Sequence record: NZ_CP071303.1
Source of the DNA: a plasmid
Strand: one strand, 5' to 3'
Length of the DNA stretch: 55,512 nucleotides
Position numbers and translations under genes: made by a program. Below the pieces are notes generated by a model, which was not told the DNA's origin, ran no database searches, and was given only the letters and a program-made list of their open reading frames with translations. This document shows, piece after piece, positions 9,996 to 20,376 of the stretch (its first letter is position 1; each line of letters opens with the position of its first letter).

Positions 9996-10660
9996 GAAAA
10001 TATATTAAATATTTGAAGTTCAGCTGGATATTAACGATAGCTAAGACAATTTATTTTAATTTAAAATACTTACCCTTTAAAACTGCAATAAAGCTACCTA
10101 TACTAATTGACTATAGTGTACGTATTCAAATTAAGAAGGGAGGAAAAATAAAAGTTGCAAAAGAAACGACACGATTTGGTGTACAAATTGGAGGGATGGA
10201 GGGTTACTACATCCCCCATAGGAAAAGTTCATATTTAAGAATTGAAAATAACATGGAATTTAAAGGGAATGCAAAGATCCTTAGAGGATGTTATGTTTCA
10301 TCTTTTGGAGGAGAGGTTATTTTTGGGGAAAATTTTTTTGCAAATCATGACTTACATGTTATAAGCTCAGATAGAATAGAATTCTCTAAGGATGTTTTGA
10401 TCGGTTATAATTGTGAATTTAGAGATACTGGGGGTCATTATATTAACAAAAAAGTTAGTATATCACCTATATTAATTGGTAAACATGTATGGATAGCTTC
10501 CGATTGTAAAATATTGCAAGGCGTTCAATTAAAGGATGGGTGTGTAGTTGCTACCGAATCGTTAGTTCTATCTAAAATCAATAGTTTACATCAAGAGAAA
10601 TCATTGATTGGCGGGAGTCCAGCAAAAGTTTTAAAGAAAAACATTGTTTGGAAAGAATAA
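9992..10660 (+). CDS. Hexapeptide-repeat (left-handed beta-helix) acyl/acetyltransferase
   Basis: Tandem [LIV]GxxxxI hexapeptide motifs (IGKHVWIASDCKILQGVQLKDGCVV). Confidence 0.7.
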   Translation: MRKYIKYLKFSWILTIAKTIYFNLKYLPFKTAIKLPILIDYSVRIQIKKGGKIKVAKETTRFGVQIGGMEGYYIPHRKSSYLRIENNMEFKGNAKILRGCYVSSFGGEVIFGENFFANHDLHVISSDRIEFSKDVLIGYNCEFRDTGGHYINKKVSISPILIGKHVWIASDCKILQGVQLKDGCVVATESLVLSKINSLHQEKSLIGGSPAKVLKKNIVWKE

Positions 10661-10728
10661 ATATTAGAAATAGAATGTCTGGAATTCATTCCTATATTTT
10701 ATAGTAAAGTAGAAATTTGGAGGATGAA

Positions 10729-11715
10729 ATGAAGTGTGAAATTAAATATTATTCCTATGCACCTCACCTTTCTCAGATAATTACAGGATTCATATTATTA
10801 AAACAAAAAAATATAATAGATAATTTAACTATCATTAATTGTGTAGAAGGATCTGACGCATTTTTTAATCCATTAGTTTTAGATGTAACAATAAATGATG
10901 AAATTCATATCGCATTTGATATGAATGATGGTTATAATTTCGATATAAATAAATTTAATAATTATATCAAACGGGTGGATTATTACTTTAAAAGAAGCTT
11001 TAGTATTGAAAAAAATAAAAATTTATATGAAAAAGAGAAAATTTTTCCTCTTTCTTTTAATTATTTTGTATCAATCAAAGGAAATCCACTAACAAAAATT
11101 CAATTTAATAGAACACTTGAGAGTTATAAAAGATATATTAGAGGAAAACGTGTTGATATAAAAAAATTTCAAAAATCCAATAAAATTACTAAAGATATAA
11201 AAATACTTTTTCTTACAAGATGTTGGGAAAATGAGAAAGAAATAAACAATTTTAGAGCAGAGTGTATTAGGAGTCTTAAAAAAAATTTTGGAGATAGAGT
11301 TATTGCGGGGTTTCAAGAGTCCTCTTTGGCTAAGAAATGTTATCCAGATTGTGTGATAAATAAAAAATACACAAAAAAGTCAAAATATATTAAACTAATG
11401 AAGGAATGTTCTATTTGTATAACAACAATTGGCTTACATTTTTCAAATGGTTGGAAACTAGGGGAATATGTTTCACAAGGTAAGGCAATTATTACTGAAA
11501 AAATGATTTATGAAGTAAACGGGAACTTTAATAAAGGAGACAATTATCTAGAATTTGAATCCCCAGATGAATTAGTTGATCAAGTTAATAAAATATTATC
11601 TAATAAAAAATATATGAAATCTATGATGAATAAAAATAATGAATATTATCGTATGTTCTTAGCACCTGATAAAGTAGTTTTTAATGCTTTAAAAAAAATC
11701 AAAGGTATGGATTAA
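10729..11715 (+). CDS. Hypothetical protein in the eps cluster; possible glycosyl/phosphotransferase
   Basis: ATG at 10729 with GGAGG 6 nt upstream. The track's TTG start at 10717 is rejected. No firm motif seen. Confidence 0.35.
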   Translation: MKCEIKYYSYAPHLSQIITGFILLKQKNIIDNLTIINCVEGSDAFFNPLVLDVTINDEIHIAFDMNDGYNFDINKFNNYIKRVDYYFKRSFSIEKNKNLYEKEKIFPLSFNYFVSIKGNPLTKIQFNRTLESYKRYIRGKRVDIKKFQKSNKITKDIKILFLTRCWENEKEINNFRAECIRSLKKNFGDRVIAGFQESSLAKKCYPDCVINKKYTKKSKYIKLMKECSICITTIGLHFSNGWKLGEYVSQGKAIITEKMIYEVNGNFNKGDNYLEFESPDELVDQVNKILSNKKYMKSMMNKNNEYYRMFLAPDKVVFNALKKIKGMD

Positions 11716-13136
11716 TGAGAATAATAAAAAATTTTTTTTGGAACAGTAGTTATCAAATGATAATAATATTATTACCACTAATTACAGCGCCTTATATAAC
11801 AAGAGTTCTAGGACCGAAAGGTGTGGGAATTTATTCATTCACAGGTTCTGTAGTACAGTATTTTGTTTTATTTGCGTTGTTAGGTAATTATATTTATGGG
11901 AATCGTGAAATTGCATTTTATCAAAATGATAAAAAACAAAGAAGTCAAGTTTTTTGGGGTATTAATTTTGTTACTTGGGGAGTTGCATTCATTATATTTA
12001 TTATTTATATTTTGTTTATAACCTATACAGAACAATATAAAATGATTTATATTATACAATCTATTTTGATATTTGCTTCTTTATTTGATATTTCATGGTA
12101 TTTTCAAGGCAGAGAAAATTTTAAAATTATAGTAATAAGAAATTTACTTGTCAAATTAACCACTGTTATTTTAATTTTTTTATTTGTTAATACAAAATCT
12201 GATTTACTATTATATATTAGTTTGATGTCTCTCGGAACTCTTTTCGGTAATTTATCACTTTGGGGATATTTAAAAAATGAAATATATCCTCCAATATTTA
12301 AAAATATGCAGTTAAAAAAACATTTCAAGTCAAGCCTACTATTATTTTTACCATCTCTAATTTCTCAATTTTACCTCATAGCAAATAAAATAATGATTGG
12401 ATCACTGGATTCTGTAACAAATGCAGGTTTCTTTGCTCAATCTGATACTATTGTGAGAATGACACTTACTGTCATCACCTCACTCAGCATAGTGATGCTT
12501 CCAAATGTAACAAACTTATTATCAAGAGGAAATATTGAAGCAGTTAAAAAAAAAGTTGAAATTAGTTTTAAAGTATCAACATCTATTGCAGTTCCGCTTA
12601 GCTTTGGATTAGCCGCTATAGCACTAAATTTTGCACCTTTCTTTTTTGGTTCAAATTTTTCAAAAGTAGGTGTAATATTAATTATTGAGTCGCCAATTAT
12701 TCTTTTTTTAACATGGAGTACAGTTATAGGTTTTCAATACTTACTTCCTATGAATAAAATGAAAGAATATATTTTTTCTGCATTGGTAGGCGCAATTTCT
12801 TGTGTTATTATTAATATCTTACTAATTCCGACAATGGGTGTTCTAGGAGCTACAATAGGATCCGTTGTCGCTGAATTTTTAGTTTTTTTAACCCAATTTT
12901 TGTTAGTTATTAAAACTTTTAGTTTCAAGTTACTATTTAAAGGATCTTGGAAATATTTTTTATCAGGTTTTTTGATGTTTGATATAGTACTTTTTATTAA
13001 TATAAAATTTGGAATGTCTTTCCTTCAATTATTTTTACAAATTTTTATAGGTTGTATCACTTATTTATTTTTTAATATTATACTAAAAACAGACTTATGG
13101 ATAATGGTAAAAAAATTATATTTAAAATATTTATAA
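11715..13136 (+). CDS. wzx: Polysaccharide flippase Wzx (MOP/PST family)
   Basis: 473 aa, about 12-14 TM, typical Wzx N-terminus. Confidence 0.7.
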   Translation: MRIIKNFFWNSSYQMIIILLPLITAPYITRVLGPKGVGIYSFTGSVVQYFVLFALLGNYIYGNREIAFYQNDKKQRSQVFWGINFVTWGVAFIIFIIYILFITYTEQYKMIYIIQSILIFASLFDISWYFQGRENFKIIVIRNLLVKLTTVILIFLFVNTKSDLLLYISLMSLGTLFGNLSLWGYLKNEIYPPIFKNMQLKKHFKSSLLLFLPSLISQFYLIANKIMIGSLDSVTNAGFFAQSDTIVRMTLTVITSLSIVMLPNVTNLLSRGNIEAVKKKVEISFKVSTSIAVPLSFGLAAIALNFAPFFFGSNFSKVGVILIIESPIILFLTWSTVIGFQYLLPMNKMKEYIFSALVGAISCVIINILLIPTMGVLGATIGSVVAEFLVFLTQFLLVIKTFSFKLLFKGSWKYFLSGFLMFDIVLFINIKFGMSFLQLFLQIFIGCITYLFFNIILKTDLWIMVKKLYLKYL

Positions 13137-13214
13137 GAAAGAATAATACAATTGGAAGGTATGGATTTTAGGTTGTACTTGATTTAATCTAAAAACAGGA
13201 GGTAATAATTTATT

Positions 13215-14393
13215 TTGAGTAAAAAAAAGAAAATCTCAGTCGTTGGTACAGGATACGTGGGTCTGTCTATTTCAGTACTTTTAGCACAACATCATGAAGT
13301 CATTGCTTTGGACATTGTTGAGTCGAAAGTAGATCGGATTAATTCTAAAAAATCGCCTATTGCTGACAAGGAAATAGAGGGATTTTTAGCAAGTAAAAAT
13401 TTGAATCTGTTTGCTACGACAGATAAAAGTTTAGCTATAAAAGATAGTGATTTTGTTATCATAGCTACACCAACAAATTATGATGATGTCAAGAATTATT
13501 TTAATACAGATTCTGTAGAAGCAGTAATTAAAGAAGTCTTGGAATTTAGTCCGAATGCTACGATTGTTATAAAATCAACTATTCCAGTTGGTTTTGTGGA
13601 AAAAATGCGTGCTAAATATAATATTGATAACATTATCTTTTCACCAGAATTTTTACGAGAAGGTCGAGCATTGTATGACAATCTTCATCCATCTCGCATT
13701 GTTGTGGGGGAGCAATCTGAGCGTGCCTCTCAATTTGCTGAGCTATTATTAGAGGGAGCTGTTGAGAAAGATATCCCAATTCTTTTTACAAATCCTACTG
13801 AAGCAGAAGCCATTAAGCTCTTTTCAAATACATATTTGGCTTTACGCGTAGCTTATTTTAATGAATTAGACACCTATGCTGAAGTTCGTGGTTTAGATAC
13901 AAAACAAATTATTGATGGGGTTGGGTTAGATCCACGAATCGGAACACACTATAATAATCCTTCATTTGGTTATGGGGGTTATTGCCTACCGAAAGATACC
14001 AAACAGCTTTTGGCTAACTATGACCAAGTTCCTGAGAAATTAATTGAGGCTGTCGTTGAATCAAATAGGACAAGAAAAGATCATATTGCAGATATGATCA
14101 TTAAACGTTCTCCTAAAGTGGTGGGTATCTACCGCTTGACTATGAAGTCAAATTCTGATAATTTTAGATCAAGTTCAATTCAAGGAATTATGAAACGAAT
14201 TAAAGGCAAGGGAATTGAAGTAGTTGTCTATGAGCCAACACTAAAAGATACTCATTTCTACAATTCTCGGGTAGTTCATAATCTGGATGAGTTTAAAACG
14301 ATTTCTGATGTGATTGTTTCAAATCGTTATACTAAAGAACTTGAGGATGTTAAAATTAAAGTTTATACGAGAGATTTATTTGGGCGTGACTAA
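13215..14393 (+). CDS. ugd: UDP-glucose 6-dehydrogenase
   Basis: N-terminal Rossmann VVGTGYVGL, catalytic [12 protein letters not shown] start with AGGAGG RBS. Confidence 0.85.
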   Translation: MSKKKKISVVGTGYVGLSISVLLAQHHEVIALDIVESKVDRINSKKSPIADKEIEGFLASKNLNLFATTDKSLAIKDSDFVIIATPTNYDDVKNYFNTDSVEAVIKEVLEFSPNATIVIKSTIPVGFVEKMRAKYNIDNIIFSPEFLREGRALYDNLHPSRIVVGEQSERASQFAELLLEGAVEKDIPILFTNPTEAEAIKLFSNTYLALRVAYFNELDTYAEVRGLDTKQIIDGVGLDPRIGTHYNNPSFGYGGYCLPKDTKQLLANYDQVPEKLIEAVVESNRTRKDHIADMIIKRSPKVVGIYRLTMKSNSDNFRSSSIQGIMKRIKGKGIEVVVYEPTLKDTHFYNSRVVHNLDEFKTISDVIVSNRYTKELEDVKIKVYTRDLFGRD

Positions 14394-14402
14394 ACAACAA
14401 TT

Positions 14403-15317
14403 TTGGAGGAAAAGTTGGAACGAAAAAAAAAGAAAAAAAAGAATATTTGGGTTATAATTATACCTATCTTAATTTTTATTACCCTTATAGGAGCAGGGGC
14501 TTATGCCTTAAGAGATTCACTTATTCCTACTGATCATACGAAAACAAATAGTTCGGATCAACCGACCAAAACTTCGGCCTCTAATGGTTATGTAGAGAAA
14601 AAAGGTGAAGAAGCTGCTGTAGGTAGTATAGCACTTGTAGATGATGCTGGTTTACCAGAATGGGTAAAAGTTCCCTCAAAGGTAAATCTAGATAAATTTA
14701 CTGATTTATCCACGAATAATATCACTATTTATCGAATTAACAATCCGGAAGTCTTAAAAACAGTTACCAATCGTACAGATCAACGGATGAAAATGTCAGA
14801 AGTTATAGCTAAGTATCCTAATGCTTTGATTATGAATGCTTCCGCATTTGATATGCAGACAGGACAAGTAGCTGGATTTCAAATTAATAATGGAAAGTTG
14901 ATTCAAGACTGGAGCCCAGGTACAACGACTCAATATGCTTTTGTTATTAACAAAGATGGTTCGTGCAAAATTTATGATTCAAGTACACCTGCTTCAACTA
15001 TTATTAAAAACGGAGGGCAACAAGCCTATGATTTTGGTACTGCAATTATCCGTGATGGTAAAATTCAACCAAGTGATGGCTCAGTAGATTGGAAGATCCA
15101 TATTTTTATTGCGAATGATAAAGATAATAATCTCTATGCTATTTTGAGTGATACAAATGCAGGTTATGATAATATAATGAAATCAGTATCAAATTTGAAG
15201 CTCCAAAATATGTTATTACTTGATAGTGGTGGCTCAAGTCAACTATCTGTCAATGGTAAAACGATTGTTGCTAGTCAAGATGATCGAGCCGTACCGGATT
15301 ATATTGTGATGAAATAA
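14403..15317 (+). CDS. epsL: EpsL-like protein, phosphodiester glycosidase (DUF2233/NAGPA) family
   Basis: C-terminal LLLDSGGSSQLS motif; N-terminal TM. The 5' coding end contains an A9-G-A8 tract. Confidence 0.55.
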   Translation: MEEKLERKKKKKKNIWVIIIPILIFITLIGAGAYALRDSLIPTDHTKTNSSDQPTKTSASNGYVEKKGEEAAVGSIALVDDAGLPEWVKVPSKVNLDKFTDLSTNNITIYRINNPEVLKTVTNRTDQRMKMSEVIAKYPNALIMNASAFDMQTGQVAGFQINNGKLIQDWSPGTTTQYAFVINKDGSCKIYDSSTPASTIIKNGGQQAYDFGTAIIRDGKIQPSDGSVDWKIHIFIANDKDNNLYAILSDTNAGYDNIMKSVSNLKLQNMLLLDSGGSSQLSVNGKTIVASQDDRAVPDYIVMK

Positions 15318-15321
15318 AAAT

Positions 15322-15346
15322 AAAAGAACCTCTTGGTTCTTTTATT
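15322..15346. terminator. Bidirectional rho-independent terminator between epsL-like and the LCP gene
   Basis: aaaagaacc-tcttg-gttctttt hairpin with flanking A/T runs. Confidence 0.7.
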
Positions 15347-16244
15347 TTAGAGATTTTTCAAAAAGGGTTTTGACTGAGTCTAATTCTGTTTGAGAAACTA
15401 CCTTAGCTCCATTTTCATCTGTTGTATGTAGATTGAGCTTGCTGGTATTTTTTAGAGCCTTATTGTAGCTCATAACGATCGTTTTAGCATCATTGAAACT
15501 TATATTGGTTTTAACAGTGTTTGAAAAAGCATAGAGAATTTCTCGATAGTAATTGAAACTTTCAAGTTTTTTCATATGAGCAATTTTTTGAATATTTCCG
15601 TAGAGTTCCATTGAGACATTTTGAATCCGAGTGATTGAAGCATCCAAATCAGTATCGTCAATTTGTGTCATATAGGCTTGGACTTGATCAGCAGTTTGTA
15701 AATTAACGGTTCCTTGTTTAAACTCATAACCTTCAGCATTGAACGCCTTTGGATTTTGCATGGTGATTCCACCAGTGGCCTGTACAAGTGATCCCATTTT
15801 ATTAACATCGATCTGAATTACTTTGTTAATGGACACATTCAATAGGTCTTTAACCATCTGGAAAATTCCATCATCTCCATTCGTATTGTAAACTTCAGTG
15901 ATTGTTTTTTGATTAGGCATTGTCGCAAAAACTGGGAAGTTCATGAAAGTAGTTTGATTTGTCTTTACATTCGTTGAAGCTAAAACAGTAGCATAAGCTG
16001 AATTTTTAGAATTATTTTTACCAGTTGCAATGATAAGTGTGGTGAATGTTTTAGACTTTTTTAAGTCGATACTTGTTGTTTTAGGGAAATTTTCATATGA
16101 TGTTGAAAATGTTGATTCAACATTTCTATAAGCAGCGTAGGCTATAGAAGCAATAGCGATAATTACTAATACAAAAATAATTGAAATAACTTTTAGTACT
16201 ATGTGTTTTTTCTTACGATAATGACGCCTCTTTTTTTGATTCAT
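15342..16244 (-). CDS. LytR-CpsA-Psr (LCP) family protein, orfY-like, divergent from the eps operon
   Basis: N-terminal TM plus conserved LCP domain; same position and orientation as orfY of pNZ4000. Confidence 0.75.
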   Translation of the reverse strand: MNQKKRRHYRKKKHIVLKVISIIFVLVIIAIASIAYAAYRNVESTFSTSYENFPKTTSIDLKKSKTFTTLIIATGKNNSKNSAYATVLASTNVKTNQTTFMNFPVFATMPNQKTITEVYNTNGDDGIFQMVKDLLNVSINKVIQIDVNKMGSLVQATGGITMQNPKAFNAEGYEFKQGTVNLQTADQVQAYMTQIDDTDLDASITRIQNVSMELYGNIQKIAHMKKLESFNYYREILYAFSNTVKTNISFNDAKTIVMSYNKALKNTSKLNLHTTDENGAKVVSQTELDSVKTLFEKSLK

Positions 16245-16293
16245 GGTATCTCCATATACATATTATATACCTTAAATTATACCATATTTAATG

Positions 16294-16475
16294 ATGTCAT
16301 CCTTAAATCTTAGAGTCACTATTGTATAATTTAGACAAAGGACAAAAACATGCAAAAACGCTACTCAAAAGAATTTAAAGAAACCCTTATCGCCTTCTAT
16401 CATTCTGGTCAATCCGTCACCCAGCTGTCTAAAGAATACGACGTGGCCCCTGCTGGACTATTATCATATAATTAG
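16294..16475 (+). mobile_element. IS981/IS3-family element 5' fragment (IRL plus 41 codons of orfA)
   Basis: TGATGTCATCCTTAAATCTTAGAGTCACTATTGTATAATTT end followed by MQKRYSKEFKETLIAFYHSGQSVTQLSKEY; abruptly joins IS982 at 16487. Confidence 0.6.
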
Positions 16476-16486
16476 ATATAAAAAAA

Positions 16487-17486
16487 ACCGAATTGCTAGT
16501 TAATTTCATTGGAAAATAAATAAGTCGTGCTATCCTAATCTTAAACCACTAAGCATTAGAAAGCGCACGACTTATATGACTTATAATAGCACACTTCCAA
16601 AAGTTTTTGTTTATTTACTGACAACCATTGAGACGCTTTATCAAACGAGTGTTCCCCTTGAGGTTCAAAACCGAAAGAACGTCCATCTCGCAACATCAGA
16701 TTGCTTAGTTATCGCTTGTTACCTATGGGGCGTACTGCATTTTAGTGAAACGCTTAAAGCTAAGCACCAATTGGCTCAAAGTTTATTTCCTAATTTCCTA
16801 GAATATTCTCGCTTTGTCCGCCGTTGTAATGCCCTCTTACCGAGTATCCAAGTCATTCGCCAAGCACTCGTCTTTAAAGAGGTTGAAGGAATGAGTGTAT
16901 CCATTATTGACAGCTTCCCTATTCCTTTGTGTCAGCCTATTCGTAATTTCAAAAGCAAAGTTCTTGGAGATTATGCAAATGTTGGCTACAATGCTACAAA
17001 GGGACAGTACTTCTATGGATGTAAATGTCATGCTTTAGTCAGTGAATCAGGCTATGTCATAGACTACACAATTACTCCTGCTTCAATGGCTGATAGTTCA
17101 ATGACCGAGGAAGTGTTGAGTCAATTTGGGACACCAACAGTCCTTGGAGATATGGGATATCTAGGTCAGTCACTGCATGATAGGCTGGAATTAAAAGGAA
17201 TTGATCTAATTACACCTGTCAGGAAGAACATGAAGCAAAAGAAAATCCTTTTTCCTAATTTTTCAAAACGTAGAAAAGTGATTGAGCGAGTTTTCTCTTT
17301 TTTGACAAATCTAGGAGCTGAGCGTTGTAAAAGTCGTTCGCCTCAAGGTTTTCAATTGAGATTAGAGATGATACTTTTAGCGTATTCTTTACTGTTAAAA
17401 TCAGCTAAATCACTGGAACCAGAGACTTTAAGATATTCTATCGGGTATCAAGTCATGGCTAAATAATCAACTAGCAATTCGGGTTT
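16487..17486 (+). mobile_element. IS982-family insertion sequence (transposase 16576..17466)
   Basis: Terminal inverted repeats AACCGAATTGCTAGTT.. at 16487 and ..AACTAGCAATTCGGGTT at 17486; 296-aa DDE transposase typical of IS982. Confidence 0.85.
16576..17466 (+). CDS. IS982-family transposase
   Basis: 296 aa; matches lactococcal IS982 transposase by recall. Confidence 0.85.
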   Translation: MTYNSTLPKVFVYLLTTIETLYQTSVPLEVQNRKNVHLATSDCLVIACYLWGVLHFSETLKAKHQLAQSLFPNFLEYSRFVRRCNALLPSIQVIRQALVFKEVEGMSVSIIDSFPIPLCQPIRNFKSKVLGDYANVGYNATKGQYFYGCKCHALVSESGYVIDYTITPASMADSSMTEEVLSQFGTPTVLGDMGYLGQSLHDRLELKGIDLITPVRKNMKQKKILFPNFSKRRKVIERVFSFLTNLGAERCKSRSPQGFQLRLEMILLAYSLLLKSAKSLEPETLRYSIGYQVMAK

Positions 17487-17521
17487 TTTATTACATTTTA
17501 CAATAAATCAGGTGTTATGGG

Positions 17522-17539
17522 GAACTTTGCAACAGAACC
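17522..17539. repeat. Solo IS6-family terminal inverted repeat (scar)
   Basis: GAACTTTGCAACAGAACC with no IS interior on either side. Confidence 0.6.
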
Positions 17540-17600
17540 ACTTTTTATATAATTGCTATAGATACTAAGTTCGATTTATATGAGCATTAAACAATGTATA

Positions 17601-17627
17601 TCTCGCCCTCCGGGGCGTTTTTTTTTT
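17601..17627 (+). terminator. Rho-independent terminator
   Basis: cgccc-tccg-gggcg followed by T10. Confidence 0.6.
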
Positions 17628-17666
17628 GCCTAATTGGGTAATTGATGTATGTAAATTGACACTAAT

Positions 17667-17695
17667 TCTAAATTTTGGTATGATGAAAGTTGATT
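17667..17695 (+). promoter_or_regulatory. Sigma-70 promoter for the lipoprotein gene
   Basis: TTGACA, 17 bp, TATGAT, with TGg upstream of the -10. Confidence 0.55.
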
Positions 17696-17731
17696 AAGTT
17701 ATGCTTAAGTTTAGATAGGATATTTAAAATT

Positions 17732-18445
17732 ATGAAAAAGATGCTATTGATTATCACAATGTTAATTAGCACCGTGTTATTCTCAGCTTGCTCTAAAAAT
17801 AATAAAGAAGAATCTAGCGCTGGATCAACTTCTAACTCGGAGTCATATCAAGAAAAAACAGTAAGTTATTCTTTATCAGAAATCATAACCAGAGATGCCG
17901 ATGGTGCTGAAGTTTGGTATTCAACCGTTTCAGGAGATGATTTAAGATATGATACCAGAATAGATATGATTTATTATATTAATCACAAGGATTATAAGAT
18001 ATATCAGTCTCCTGTAACAGTTCATGAAATGTCTCTTGATTTGGAAGATATTTCGAAAATGTCAGATCAGGAAGAATTAAATATGATATTTGAGGATGAA
18101 TATAAAAACACATTAGTTAGCTCGGGGTCTTCTCAAATTTTGATTGATAAAGATTCAAGCGGGACTAAAACTGCAATAGAGAGTCTTGTTATTGGGGACA
18201 TTTTCAAATCTAAATTTCCGTTCGTGTTTAATGCGGGTTTACAATCTGTAAGCATTATTAATAGTCAGTTTACTGCTCTATATGATTATATCCATGATAG
18301 ATATTTGGTGAAAAAAGATGTTCCTGGGGACAACTATAGAATAACATTAGATACTCCCGACTTGGTAACCCGAAATAAAGAAAATGAATATATGGATAAC
18401 AAAGACCTTAGGTTAGTTGCATATTTTAAAAAAATGAGAGATTAA
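17732..18445 (+). CDS. Hypothetical lipoprotein
   Basis: Signal peptide MKKMLLIITMLISTVLFSAC with lipobox LFSAC; start chosen at 17732 rather than the track's 17690. Confidence 0.6.
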   Translation: MKKMLLIITMLISTVLFSACSKNNKEESSAGSTSNSESYQEKTVSYSLSEIITRDADGAEVWYSTVSGDDLRYDTRIDMIYYINHKDYKIYQSPVTVHEMSLDLEDISKMSDQEELNMIFEDEYKNTLVSSGSSQILIDKDSSGTKTAIESLVIGDIFKSKFPFVFNAGLQSVSIINSQFTALYDYIHDRYLVKKDVPGDNYRITLDTPDLVTRNKENEYMDNKDLRLVAYFKKMRD

Positions 18446-18683
18446 TTAACATAATTTAATAAGATAATGATTTTTTGATTTACAAGTTTTATGACATAGG
18501 TTATAATAATTATTCTAAATTTTAACTTTTCATAAATCCATTCGGTTTAGAACTCCGGCTCACCTCATATAGTCGCTCTTCGGAGCGGCTTTTTTATTTT
18601 GTTTTATATGATATAATGAGGATCTTAAACATGGGTGTCAGTAAACCGCAGGCTTTTTTTATTCGATCTAATAAATTATTTTA

Positions 18684-18737
18684 ACTAAACCCGAATTGCT
18701 AGTTGATTATTTAGCCATGACTTGATACCCGATAGAA
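18684..18737 (-). mobile_element. IS982 3'-end fragment, inverted relative to the copy at 16487, truncated by IS6 insertion
   Basis: Reverse complement of 17435..17486, abutting the IS6 IRL. Confidence 0.7.
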
Positions 18738-19545
18738 GGTTCAGTTGCAAAGTTTTCCAAAAAATCTATTTTAGTGTAAAATTGAGAAAAAAGACAGAGA
18801 GGACAGAGGTATGAATCATTTTAAAGGCAAACAATTCAAAAAAGACGTCATTATTGTCGCTGTTGGTTACTACCTGCGTTACAATCTAAGCTATCGTGAA
18901 GTTCAGGAATTGTTATATGATCGTGGAATAAATGTTTGTCATACTACGATTTATCGTTGGGTGCAAGAGTACAGCAAAGTCCTCTATTATCTTTGGAAGA
19001 AGAAAAATAGACAATCCTTCTATTCATGGAAAATGGACGAAACCTATATCAAAATTAAGGGACGTTGGCATTATCTTTATCGTGCAATTGATGCGGACGG
19101 TTTAACCTTAGATATCTGGTTACGAAAGAAACCGGATACGCAGGCAGCCTATGCTTTCTTAAAACGACTCCATAAACAGTTTGGTGAGCCGAAAGCAATT
19201 GTGACCGATAAAGCACCTTCTCTTGGCTCCGCCTTTAGAAAGTTACAGAGTGTGGGTTTATATACTAAGACAGAGCACCGAACTGTGAAGTATCTTAACA
19301 ATTTAATAGAACAAGACCATCGACCTATTAAACGACGGAATAAATTTTATCAAAGTCTCCGTACAGCCTCTTCCACGATTAAGGGCATGGAGACCATTCG
19401 AGGAATATATAAAAAGAACCGAAGAAATGGAACGCTCTTCGGATTTTCGGTGTCTACTGAAATCAAGCTATTAATGGGAATACCAGCCTAAGATATTTGG
19501 AGTTCAGAGAGAGCGCGTTTGATTTTCAAACTTCGCAACAGAACC
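18738..19545 (+). mobile_element. IS6-family element, ISS1/IS946-like, 808 bp (copy 1)
   Basis: IRL GGTTCAGTTGCAAAGTTT, IRR AAACTTCGCAACAGAACC; 226-aa transposase 18811..19491. Confidence 0.9.
18811..19491 (+). CDS. IS6-family transposase
   Basis: MNHFKGKQFKKDVIIVAVGYYLRYNLSYREVQELL..., DDE. Confidence 0.9.
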   Translation: MNHFKGKQFKKDVIIVAVGYYLRYNLSYREVQELLYDRGINVCHTTIYRWVQEYSKVLYYLWKKKNRQSFYSWKMDETYIKIKGRWHYLYRAIDADGLTLDIWLRKKPDTQAAYAFLKRLHKQFGEPKAIVTDKAPSLGSAFRKLQSVGLYTKTEHRTVKYLNNLIEQDHRPIKRRNKFYQSLRTASSTIKGMETIRGIYKKNRRNGTLFGFSVSTEIKLLMGIPA

Positions 19546-19585
19546 AAATAGGGTTAATCTCATCAAGAAAAGGAGTTAGAAACAG

Positions 19586-20161
19586 TTGCGAAAATATATG
19601 ATCTACCTCAGCAGTTTATTGGTCACATTTATCCTGAGTTATGCGACGATTACTTGGCTGATTATGCCCGTTCTCACTCGCTATCAAAGCCTGGCTAGGT
19701 TGATTAACCACTTTGACTATACCGCATTAACTTTAATACTCTTATTAACGCTGATTATCTGGTTGTTTGGCATCCAGTATCACCTCAAACATTTTTCAGT
19801 TATTTATCTCTATCTTGCTTTCAGTGTGTCTTTATTACTGTTATTCATGGTTCTTTTTACTAAAACAACGGATTTTCAGGCGATATCACTGAATCCTTTT
19901 GACTTTATAAAAGCGGATACCAGAACGATTCAAGAGGCAGTGCTAAATATTATCTACTTCATTCCTTTAGGTGGCCTTTACTGTATCAATACTGATTTCA
20001 AACAGTTTGTCATTGTCAGTTTGGTCACACTTTTAGGAATTGAAACCATTCAATTTATCTTTTATTTGGGCACATTTGCCATTAGTGATATTATCTTGAA
20101 TTTTTTGGGTTGTTTGATTGGGTATTATTGTTGTTGGGAGATTAAAAGGCGGTTGAGTTGA
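19586..20161 (+). CDS. VanZ-like family membrane protein
   Basis: 191 aa with 5-6 TM segments; LNPFDF and GTFAISDIILNFLG motifs resemble the VanZ family. Confidence 0.45.
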   Translation: MRKYMIYLSSLLVTFILSYATITWLIMPVLTRYQSLARLINHFDYTALTLILLLTLIIWLFGIQYHLKHFSVIYLYLAFSVSLLLLFMVLFTKTTDFQAISLNPFDFIKADTRTIQEAVLNIIYFIPLGGLYCINTDFKQFVIVSLVTLLGIETIQFIFYLGTFAISDIILNFLGCLIGYYCCWEIKRRLS

Positions 20162-20376
20162 GCTAACCCAAAAGTAGCATAAAAATAGACAGGAGGTGTA
20201 TCTCGAATGGTATCGAGATATATCTCCTGTCGGTTCTGTTAAAATTTGTCCAAGATATTGAACCAAATACAGATTGACGTTAAGTCGAGTTTTTAGAGTA
20301 ACAAACGTATGGACTATTATCAAATAATTAGACATAAAAAAGAAAAGCGTTAATAATTGTTTTTCTTTTTTTATAT

